Origin: Paraspadella gotoi
Taxonomy: Eukaryota; Animalia; Chaetognatha
Length of the DNA stretch: 64,000 nucleotides
NCBI GenBank assembly: GCA_051294375.1
Contig: CM119264.1
Coordinates: 17,310,278-17,374,277 of the forward strand
Direction of reading: 5' to 3'
Position numbers and translations under genes: made by a program. Of the stretch, positions 12,356 to 22,264 are shown piece after piece; the stretch's first letter is position 1; every line of letters begins with the position of its first letter. The notes beneath the pieces were generated by a model. The model ran no database searches. It was not told the DNA's origin and saw only the letters and a program-made list of their open reading frames with translations.

Positions 12356-15005
12356 TCAACAAAGTTTGCAAGCTTTGTTGCAATTTTTGAACATAAACCA
12401 AGGGTTTTTGTCACACTCCCCCCTGTTGGCCCACTCTTGACACCTTTCGTGATTATTGCTACAATTCTGGCACAGTCCACAAGCTTTGGGGCAGTGAGGA
12501 ATCATGTAGTGGCCGTTGTTGCTGCACTCTCCTCTATTCGCCCATTCGTCGCACCGATCGTTTTTGTCTGTGCAGTTCTCGCCTCCACCGCTACCATCAC
12601 CACCATCACCACCATCTCCACCATCACCACCATCTCCACCATCCCCGCCATCTCCACCATCCCCGCCATCTCCACCACCATCTCCAGATCCGCCGTCACC
12701 ACTTCCGCTTAAACCTGTATTCTGTCAAGGGTTTTTAGAAACAAATTTGGTGATTACTTTTTCCTTGGTGTAGTTCATTAAATAAAAAAGAACAAATTAA
12801 TCTGCCGTATTATAGTAATATAAAGATACAATTTTTTTTCTCGTTTTTGCTTGTAAAAATTAAATTTGCATACTTGTTGTATCCAATTAATATAACTCGG
12901 CACCCGGACCCACACGCCAGGGCTGCCAATCTTGTTGCACTTTCCGTCTCCGAAAGAAGTCACTCCAACAACGTTATATTTTCCGTCTTTGCGCTGGCAA
13001 GAAATCGGACCTCCGGAGTCGCCCATGCAGCCGCCCACTCGGCCATCGCCGAAGCAGAAGTGAAAAGCGCGGCTTAACTGATAAGTAACATACCAGTATA
13101 TGGTGCTATAAAAGTTATATTCGATTCATATTATATTCTGTCTGTCTCATTTGTATAATATACTGTATAATCAAATACAAGCGATCATAGAGGTCGGTTC
13201 TTTTCCAGCGCAAAGACGGTTTTGTGGGGCGTCCGGGTGCACTCTTTTGGAAAGACTAATATTTATATATTTATACTAATATTTAATATTTATTAAACTT
13301 GAAAAAAAAATGGATACGAACTATTTTTTAAATCATTTCAATAAAAATTTTATTTTTAGAGTTCATGTTTTTATTTATCGTTTTTTTTTAAATATTTTTA
13401 TCCATTTTAATGAACTTAATCTCACTTGTTTAATCCAGTTAATGTAACTAGGAACCCTTGTCCATATCGCTGGACTCCCGATGACATTGCACTTTCCGTC
13501 ACCGAATGAGGTCACACCGACAACGTTGTACTTTCCGTCTTTGCGCTTGCAAGAGATTGGACCTCCAGAATCGCCCATGCATCCGCCCACTCGACCGTCG
13601 CCGAAACAGAAATGCCAATCGCGACTCAACTATATAAGTTTTTTTTCTTAATCCAATCGTTAGCTATTCGTAATCGTGACTCGAGATGTTTACAATCATG
13701 AGTTGGTAATAAATTCAATATCCCAAACCTGAGACCATCTCCTCCTGCAGTCTTCGTATTTCCAAATCTTTGAACCGACCGTTTGCAATCTCTCGTCCCA
13801 TTGGTTACTGGCACTTTTCATGGTGAAGCCCCAGCCGGATATGTGGCAAAACTGACCTGAGAGGTTTGGTGAAAATATTCTATGTTTTTTTTTTGTTGTC
13901 ACTCATGGAAGAACACATGGGAGAACTCACCCTCATAATCTTCTCCCTGATTTGGAAGGCATGCTGGACCCACGGCGGCGTTGTCGAAAGAGATTGGTCT
14001 TGACATTTTTAACAAAGCGATGTCGTGATAATTTCCGATTCCGCCTATGTGTAATGGGCAAGTTTAAAGAATATAGTTTAATGATGCGCTTAAAGTTTGT
14101 CAACGTATGATGGGCGTCTTTTACTATGCTAACTCACCAGTGTATTTTGGGTGCATGATGACTCGGCTGACCGAGTGTTTGACTTCGTAGGGATCGTTTC
14201 TATTCACGTTGTGATCACCAACGATGACAGTAAAATGAGAAGGGTTGGACCGACTCTCTTTCACGCAATGACTCGCGGTCAGCACCCAATATCGGCTAAG
14301 GATGGAGGCGCCACACGTTGAGAAAGAGCTTGCGCCTTTAAAGTTACAAATACTATACGTCATTTTATTTATTTTTGATTATTTATCAATTATTATTAAG
14401 TTAAAAAAACTCTTCATAAGGTTGCAAAATCAATTAATCAAACCGACCCTCAATTTGCACGCGATTCTAGAAAAAAAATTTTTATGTAATAAAGTCCACA
14501 GACAAAGACGATGGAACTAAAAATTTATTGACTAAATTTTAATCATAAAGAAAAACCGTTCAACCGTGTTGAAACGTATCAAAGGTTTAAATAAAATCTA
14601 GTAATCTCCATCATTTTATTGAACTTCCTCTTTCTCTGACTCTCTCTCTCTCTCTCTCTCTCTCCCCATTGGGGCGCTCTCTCTCTTTTTCTCTTATCTG
14701 GAAGAAATTCTTTTCTTCAAACTCTGCGTTTTGTTTATCCTTTGTTTACCTCTGGGCCAAGAGACTCTTTAGTGAAGCCTCGTTTTTAATAAAATTAACC
14801 CCGTCAACGCGAGAGCCTAATCAAGTCAATTCCATAGAGCCTTACCCGGTCTGCGCCTGATGAGCCTGGCCATCCACGGCCACTCCCCTCTGTTGGCTTC
14901 GTGGCCTCCGACGACCCGAGACGCCGGCCCGCGTTTTCCGCATTCCGGAAACGCGCTGACCACGCCAACACAAAGAAGCAACCAGCAAATGTGACCGCGT
15001 AACAT
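12356..15005 (-). CDS. Secreted S1A (chymotrypsin-like) serine protease with Gly/Asp linker and two C-terminal ShKT domains
   Basis: Exons 15005-14846, 14335-14138, 14044-13931, 13856-13729, [13629-13426 or 13077-12874], 12721-12356; all GT-AG and phase-consistent. Signal peptide MLRGHICWLLLCVGVVSA, activation site R|VVGG, WPWM, catalytic motifs TASHC, DIALL, GDSGGP. The last exon encodes (GDG)n plus two six-Cys ShKT repeats (CTDKNDRCDEWANRGEC...CPKACGLC; CSNNHERCQEWANRGEC...CNKACKLC*). Confidence 0.95.
12874..13077 (-). other. Protease catalytic exon 5b (duplicated exon, copy B)
   Basis: 204 nt, phase 0/0, ttatcag acceptor and gtatgc donor; encodes LSRAFHFCFGDGRVGGCMGDSGGPISCQRKDGKYNVVGVTSFGDGKCNKIGSPGVWVRVPSYINWIQQ. 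Confidence 0.92.
13190..13240 (-). promoter_or_regulatory. Intronic element complementary to the duplicated catalytic exons (putative splicing or editing RNA-pairing element)
   Basis: GC-rich island in an AT-rich intron. 13205-13219 is the exact reverse complement of 12983-12997 (exon 5b, 15 nt), and 13207-13219 of 13535-13547 (exon 5a, 13 nt). 13190-13195 complements 13008-13013 and 13560-13565. 13231-13240 is the exact reverse complement of 12900-12909 (exon 5b only). Confidence 0.75.
13426..13629 (-). other. Protease catalytic exon 5a (duplicated exon, copy A)
   Basis: 204 nt, phase 0/0, tatatag acceptor and gtgag donor; encodes LSRDWHFCFGDGRVGGCMGDSGGPISCKRKDGKYNVVGVTSFGDGKCNVIGSPAIWTRVPSYINWIKQ. 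Confidence 0.92.
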
Positions 15006-15047
15006 TTTTTTTTCGCTTTTCCGACGAGATTAACTCAGTTCTGAATC

Positions 15048-15054
15048 TTTTATA
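15048..15054 (-). promoter_or_regulatory. TATA box of the protease gene
   Basis: TATAAAA on the minus strand about 43 nt upstream of the ATG at 15005; a GATA motif (AGATAA) lies nearby at about 15081. Confidence 0.6.
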
Positions 15055-15482
15055 GGCGATGGCATACTTTAAGTAAGAAAAAGATAAAGTTATTAAATAA
15101 TGATCGTCACGTCTGAACTAAATATCGCTTGGCTCGTCAAGTGAGGCGCAAAACAAAGGGTTGTTGTTATTGTTATCAACGACTCATATCAAAAAGTAAA
15201 AGAAAACAAATAATTTCTTTGTTTGATTAAATCGAGTCGACGATCGATAATTTGCGTATCTTAGGTGAATAATAATACTGATTTTATTTAATTTTATTTT
15301 ATTCATTATGTTATTTAGTAATTTAATTTCATTTACTATTATAATTACCTGATTCCTAAAAAAAATTAAATACTTTTATCAGAGTTTTGAGTCCTCGGAA
15401 TTACTTTTTTTCGGAATCAGCGAATCAGGGATCGGAAACGGAGTAAGTTAGAGCTTTCTTTTAATTCTTTGTTGTCCATCGT

Positions 15483-15525
15483 CCAATAAGACATCTAAGT
15501 TAACGTGAATGTGACGTCGACCAAT
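15483..15525 (+). promoter_or_regulatory. CCAAT / CRE-like / CCAAT cluster, putative promoter of the nucleoplasmin-cyclophilin-LSM14 unit
   Basis: CCAAT 15483-15487, TGACGTC 15512-15518 and CCAAT 15521-15525, about 190 nt upstream of the nucleoplasmin ATG. These are short motifs and may be chance. Confidence 0.35.
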
Positions 15526-15707
15526 GAGATGTATTCCCTCGTAATCTTGGCTGATGCGACGGCAGGCAAAGTGGGGCAAATGATTGATACTCGAGTCATT
15601 AATTATTATTTCGTAGTATATGATTCATAATTGTATGTCGCAATAGTAGTATTTAATATATTCTGGTTTCTTTTTAATTCAGTTTTAAATTGATTTTAAT
15701 TTGGAAA

Positions 15708-16440
15708 ATGCCGGCCCTGGCAGAGAATATTACGGCAGAGAATATTACGTCTCCCTCCAAAGAGGCCACTCTCTCGAAAGGAGTTTTAAAAGAAACGAAT
15801 GGTCTGAGCGCAACAAAGTCCGAAAACAATGACCTTAATGAAATCCCACTTCTGCTGCGGGAGGAATATTTCTTATGGGGCTGCGAATTATCCAAGTAAG
15901 TTTTGGTTTTACTACGAAGTTTAATTCGATGAATTAAAAATTTCCCCCCCCCCTTCTCCAATCTAATCGAGATCTTGTCCGGAAGTAACCATGGAAGCTC
16001 CTACGCCCAAGAGGCCGGAACATCATTATCTTCATATTCGCCACGCCCTTCTATGCGATGACGCCGTCGAAGGCGATCGCAACATTGTCGAAGTCCGTTA
16101 CGTCGACTACTCCGGAGCCGAGAAACGCCACCGCATCGTAGCGCTCACGTTGGGTCGGGAAGAGTTTGCCCGACTCGACATGACCGTAACTTGGGACGCC
16201 GAGCATCCTCTTACTCTGCGACTGATTAAGGGTTCGGGCCCTTTGACCATCTCCGGGAATCACATCGTCGATCGCAGCGTCGATTCTTGCATCGAGGAAG
16301 ACGAAGCGTCGAAGGTCGAAGAGCAGGAAAAGATGGACGAGGATCACGTTCCCAAGAAAAACGCGATTGACAAAGATACGAAGGCAACCGACGAAAATGC
16401 TAAGCCAGACGAACTGGCTGCTAAAAAAATCAACGACTGA
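15708..16440 (+). CDS. Nucleoplasmin-like histone chaperone
   Basis: Exons 15708-15895 and 15972-16440 (gtaag donor; GAG acceptor at 15971 forced by frame). Nucleoplasmin core motifs FLWGCEL, NIVEV and LRLIKGSGPLTISGNH, followed by an acidic, Lys-rich tail. Confidence 0.9.
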
Positions 16441-16684
16441 ACTCTTAATATTATTTCCTTTTTTTCAACTTGTATGGCACGTTAGATTTGAGGCCGTTTT
16501 GATTTTCGCGAATCCCACGTGCCGAACATGTCGGATGGAAACTTCCTCATTTTGATTCTTTTACTTGCATCGAAATAATACGTCTGCCTGATGAAATCTG
16601 TCATTGTTGCGATATTTTATCTCGGCTGACATATCACAGTGTGACAGATTCCATTGTTGCCGATACTAATCAGTTTTATTTTAG

Positions 16685-17283
16685 ATGGATCTCCCAGTGC
16701 AGCTTCGATATTACGAGACCGAAATGGACATTACTGCTGACGGCGTACTGCTTGGTACCCTTATTATCGAGCTCGACAGGCGCCCAACTCGGAATGCCGC
16801 CGAAAATTTCAAAACGCTCTGCACTGGGGAAATTGGCTACAGCTATAAAGGGAGCAGGTTTACTTTCATTAGACCTGGGATCGAATTTAAAGGTAATAAA
16901 TTTCCAATTTGATCGTTATGCATCGGAAAACGCTGATCTTTTTTTTATATTTCTTACTGCATATCTTCCATTATAATTTTATAGCTGGCGAACTCAACAA
17001 TCCGGACATTCCTGTCGTGAGAAATCTTCAACACGAGATTACCGGACATCAGCATAACAGAAACGACGTAACCTTTGAATTTAAAGGAGATGACAGCGAC
17101 GGAATGCGCTTTGTCATATGCTCAACGAGGACTGGATGGATGGACAATAAAAACTGCCGCTTCGGTCAGGTTCTGTGCGGAGGCGATGTCCTCGACAAGA
17201 TGGAAAAATATGGTTCTCCAGATGGCACTGTTACCGGAGATGTTTATATTTCTCGCTGTAGCCTGCGTCGTTGCCCGTTTTAA
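16685..17283 (+). CDS. Divergent cyclophilin-fold protein, probably PPIase-inactive
   Basis: Exons 16685-16892 and 16985-17283. AENFKTLCTGEIGYSYKGSRF, FVICSTRTGWMDNKNCRFGQV and DKMEKYGSPDG align by eye with cyclophilin A along its whole length; active-site positions are substituted. Confidence 0.88.
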
Positions 17284-17358
17284 TTTTTTTATGGAAGTCG
17301 TAACCAATTTTTATAACTTTTTTTAGATAATAACGGCCAGTTTTTAGGATTTTTTACA

Positions 17359-20300
17359 ATGTGTTCGAGCACCGGAGGGGTACCCTACTTGGGTAGCAAA
17401 ATCAGCCTCATTTCGAAGGTAAGTAGAACAAATTCAAACTGTCCATTATTGTTATTCTTTCTCGAGCTAGCGATATCGAGTTTGAGTTTCGCCTGTTTTG
17501 GATGCTTTTAACGTAACAAGTAAACTACAAGAAATGAGTTTTATTCTTTATTATATTATGTGAAAAGTTTCCAAGCGGACGAATGAGTTACTTCTTACAT
17601 GAATGTTTTTATGAAATTGAACGATTTGGAAATCTCTACTTTAATCAATTTTCAGCTTGTTTCTTCTCAAACTGTCAAAACGAGATTTAAGGTCATCTGA
17701 TCTAATACGAGGCAACATCTTTCACAATTTTAATTTCCTCAACTTAGGCCGATATTCGCTACGAAGGCATCTTGTACACTATCGACCCGAACGAATGCAC
17801 GGTGGCGCTGGCAAAAGTGCAGTCCTTCGGTACGGAGGACCGCGCTACAGAACGCCCCGTCCCTCAACGAGAAGAAGTTTACGAATACATTATCTTTCGA
17901 GGAGGCGACATCAAGGATTTGAACGTGTGCGAACCGCCCAAGGCGCAGATGACCCTCGCGCATCTACAGGTTAATGCATTAACATTTTGGTATATTGAAC
18001 CTTTAAAAACGTTTAATGCTTTTTTCGTAAGGATCCTGCCATCGTTAAACAAAGCGGTCCCGTCTCGGGTTCATCGAATTCTTCCGCGAACGCTTTCTCC
18101 AAAACTAGGTAAAACTGCCTTCCGAAAATGCTGGATATGAACCGAATTTTACATAGTTCTATCTTTAGTGCCCCCATCGTTCCGGCACTAAACACCGCCT
18201 TCAACAATGCTTTAAACGCGCTTCCCACTTCAATTCACTCGTCTAAAACGTCACTGGCCACGCAGAATTTTATCACGGCTAAATTGGCCGAGGCTGCAGC
18301 AGCTTCAAGGAAAGCTTCGGTGCCTCCACCCCTCCAAGTTTCGGGCCTCAAATCTCCGGGATCTAAATCTCCCTCGCCTAAATCACCGACCAAGTGCGAA
18401 CAATTTACCCTTTTTTTTCAAAACTTATATAAAATAGTACGCTGAATACTTTTAATGTTCAACCAATTTACAAATTCTATAAACAATAGTACATCTTTAC
18501 CAGAGCGAAACGATCGCCGAACAACAAGCGCCGGGGCAGTGGCCGCGTCATTCCTCCTTCGACCCCGAAAGAGGGCCTTTTGGCTGAGATGGCGGCAATG
18601 GCCGCGCTGCCTGCCGAACAAACGGGCGATACTTTGACCGCCGAAACTGACAAGATTGTACCTCCAACGGTGTCGCAGTCCGCCGAAGGTTCGCCTCCAA
18701 AGGGCAGCCGACGGCGAAGGTTCGTAAGATCCGAGTAAGTATCGCTCCTTTTATTAAAACTGCAGGTACTTTCTCTTAATCATTCGATTTTCCATCGCCC
18801 CAGAAGGAACGCTGCCATTCCCCGCAGTTCCGTTAGTGGCACGCCAATTCTCGGCGTTCCCGATACCAGCGTTCTTCCCACTGGTACGTCAACGCCGGTG
18901 GCAACTGCCCCCCCGATTGTAGCGGCCCCATCCGTAGAAATGGCATCAGATTCAAAGCCTCAGCGATCTCCACGTCGCCAAAAGTCTTCGAAACGAAGGT
19001 TAATTCTTTCACCTTAAATATATTGCACATTTAAACTTTCTTAACCTGATATTTAGCCAAAGAACTTCTCGCCATTCGGTCAGCAAAGATCCGCCCGTAG
19101 AAAAGGTAGCTCCTGTCCTTGAGCCTCCGGTCCCTGACCCTGCTCCACAGCCTCCTGTGACAACGCCTTCCGGAAATGTCAGGGGTCGCAACGTCAGAGG
19201 CTTGAGCAAGCAGCGCAGTCGGGGCCAGCCCACGAACACTCGGGGTAGCCGACAATCAAACGCGAAAAACCTTTTTAATGGAGGCTTCAATCAAGCTAAT
19301 TATTTTCAGGTTAGATCTGCACTAGAAAATCAACTGCGCTTCAATCAACACATTTACTTTGCAGGGTTTCCAAGCTGGATTTAACCAAGCCCTGCAACAA
19401 GCCTATTTCAACGCCAGCGTCGGCCTTTTTGGATCCCCGATGCAGCAGCGCGGTGGATATAACCGTGGCCGAGGTTAGCTTTTAACATTTTAGTTTTTAG
19501 TTTAAAATTCATTCAACTATTTTGATAAGGCCGCGGTCGTGTCCTATCGCGCGGAACCGGTTATGTTACGCGCGGTGGAGTCCAAAGTAGCGGCCAAAAT
19601 TACAACGCCAATTATGGCACTGGCGGAACTCGACGTGGAGTCTATTCTAGCGGAGGCTACATTGGAACGGGTCGTCCAGTCTTCGATCCTTGCGCTTTTG
19701 TTGGAGATTACGATTTTGAAGAGGCAAATTCTAAGTAAGTTAAAACAAATGCCAGAAAAATTTCGTGAATTCTTAAATTTATTAAAGTTCATAACAGATT
19801 CGATAAAGGAAAAATTCAAGAGGAAGTCCACTTTGTTCAAGAGTTTGTCGATCAAGAAAAAAATATATCGTTGGACAAGTCAAACGAAGCAACAGTTAAA
19901 GGTAATATGAAAACTAATTTTAATTTTCCCATTTTTACATCATTGCCATTTACAGATGCAATTACCAAACTTTCCTCAAAAGATGCAGCCTCGGAAATAT
20001 CGCAAGATTACCCGGTCATCTTCAACCAAAATGGAGAAATATATTATGACAAAAGCAAATCTTTTTATGACAAAATCAGCTGCACTTCCCTCGAGCAGAT
20101 ACAACATCCTCAGCAAATTGTTCAATCTCAAGGTTTTTATTCTGGTCCTAATTATTAATTAAATTTTATGTAAATATATATTTCACCCAGCCGGAAACCG
20201 CGTAACCTGGCGAGAGGCACGCGCACTCAACAGCGAGACTTTCGGGGTTCCTTCTGTCGCTGCTGCACGTCGCTTTGTCCAAGGTGGCGTGCCTCCAGCC

Positions 20301-20968
20301 CATGCTCAAAACATCTACCGTATCTCGCCCAGCCCTCGCGGCCGTGGCAGCCGCAGTTTCTTTCGTGGCTCTCGAGGCTGGAGCCCTCGCGTGAGGGGTT
20401 CGTGGGGACGCGGTCGCGGCTATATGGGCACTTCTTACTACGCGGGTAAATCACAAGTTGATGGCAATCACTTATTCTATCTGCATACTTATACTAATTA
20501 CCGTAGGTCATATGAATGACTACCATGGAACCGACCCGAATCGTCATCTGACAGCAGCTCTGGCCGCTGCCGCCGCTGCTTTACCCCAGAAGAGTGCTCC
20601 CGCTTTCCCAACTTCGCCTTTAATGCAGTCGGCAGTTAAACTCGCGGTCTCTAACGTTGATGGCCCATTGACTCCAGTTTCCCGTAATTTTAATGTTTTT
20701 AAAAAATAAATTCCAATTCTATTATTCATTGTTCTATTTCTTAAAAAAAATATCGCCTTTTTCAGAATCTCGACTCGTATTGCAACCAACGCCTTCCAAC
20801 ACGCCCGTCGCTGTCGCGCCATCTGCTTCTGTCTCCGAAGCGCTTTCTAACGAACCTGTCGTAATCATGTCAGATGATGATCCTGTGGTCGATCCCGGCC
20901 CTGTCCAGTGCGTTCGGGATGAAGTGCTGAAGGATCATGGGGAGACAGTGGCGACGCCGACTGATTAA
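17359..20968 (+). CDS. LSM14: LSM14 / RAP55 / Trailer hitch / Scd6 family mRNA-storage protein
   Basis: Exon 1 17359-17418 ([20 protein letters not shown]); exon 2 17748-17969 ([32 protein letters not shown]...[19 protein letters not shown]); exon 3 starts DPAIV. Later short-intron exons encode RGG-rich tracts, an FDF-like motif ([11 protein letters not shown], about 19703-19735), an FFD-box-like motif ([14 protein letters not shown], about 20042-20083) and a TFG box (LNSETFG, about 20226-20246). Probable stop at 20968; internal exon boundaries were not all resolved. Confidence 0.93.
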
Positions 20969-21635
20969 ACGTCCAACGAAGCTTTTAATATAAACAATTT
21001 TTTTGGATCATCCACTTTTTTATAGAAAATATTTTGTAAAAGGATCATCTCGAAACTTGATGGAATGTCACTATTAATCCAGATTTCTTATTAGGTTCCT
21101 AGCTAATTCATCTACGGGGTATGCTAAAATCTAGTATTTATAGTAGCTTTTTCTTAAACGAACTCTTTAAATTTTAGTACACCCCTTAAATTTTCATACT
21201 TTTGGGTATAGTTAGATGTAGGTAGTACTCATGTTTTCGTTATTAAATGCCTGGATGATTTTGTCCAGACACTTTGTTATTGTTTTGTTACGCCCATTTA
21301 ACTTTACTGCTGGTCTCCTTTTAAACAACTCGTCGAAATTTGTATTTTCTGAAAATAAAAACATTAAGTGACTTCTAAATTTTGTTTTTTTCACTGTTAA
21401 TACTTAACAAAAGCAACATTGTGCTTATACGAATAATTAAGATCAGTTATACCTTTTTTAAAAAACCAACTGCACATTTTTTCAATCGCGATTTGGTCAC
21501 TTCCTGACTTCGACAATTATCACGGACAGTTTTAACTCGCAAGTTTTCCTCTTTTATTTCAAAACGAAGATTATCGGGCATAACCCCAAACGTCACTAAG
21601 AAGGAAATGGCTTTTTGTTAAAGCTAAAGCTTTGC

Positions 21636-22165
21636 ACTTCGCCTCCTAGTCATGCCTGAGGGCCGAGGAAACTAACACCTTCCCACCGCTTAGCCCCTTC
21701 CGACGGGGGATGGCACGGCTGCTATGGGAAGAACGAAAGTTTTCCAAAGCCCGGGTGAGTTCAGGAGAGAACCCTCCCTTTAAACGCAAAATGATCGTAG
21801 TTGCGTTCAATGAAAACTAGGGAAGAGTAAGAAAGTCTTCCCCTTGGTTCGAAGTAAGCATCGTTAAATTCGGCTCGTTTGTTGCGCGCCCCCCTCGAAA
21901 ATGACCACGAGTTGAGATTCAAGCCCGAGGGGAGCGCGGCGATCCCCGAAGCAGTCGATAACAGGGCGAAGTAGGCGTGCCGCCAAGCACGTATGATGGA
22001 ACGATGCCCAGGACGTCGAAAGTCCTCGGCGCTCGCCCACGTGGTGGCGCGGCCGCCATTGTGACGCTCGCAGCTTCGCGCAGAAACGGGGTGGTCGCAG
22101 TGTCCAACATCCCGTCAAGAGACTCTTCCATTATGAAGGAAGAAGTGAAACTAGTCACATTTTCT
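21636..22165 (+). ncRNA. Candidate large pseudoknotted structured RNA, unidentified
   Basis: GC-rich island of consecutive hairpins with G-U pairs on the + strand: 21727-21745 (GAAA tetraloop), 21783-21807, 21820-21842, a long helix 21870-21897/21926-21958, 21975-21992, 22011-22025, 22086-22115, 22125-22142. Two perfect crossing 8-bp helices: 21636-21643/21965-21972 and 21858-21865/22000-22007. No recognisable coding exon. Confidence 0.5.
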
Positions 22166-22264
22166 CTTCTGGCGAATTTGCGAGAATGAATAAATCGGTG
22201 AGAGTCGGGCATTAAATATCCGAGATAAGAGCCGTCGACTATTGCGCAATAATACGAAAGAATT

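Noticed and set aside
12305-12773. Plus-strand ORFs with PPS/TTI repeats
   Set aside because: They are antisense shadows of the Gly/Asp linker and ShKT exon.
16586-16600. CTGATGA hammerhead-core-like motif in the intercistronic gap
   Set aside because: No stem II plus GAAA arrangement or flanking helices seen.
21864-22212. Short ORFs over the structured region
   Set aside because: No homology motifs or convincing splice context; the dense helices explain the GC content better.
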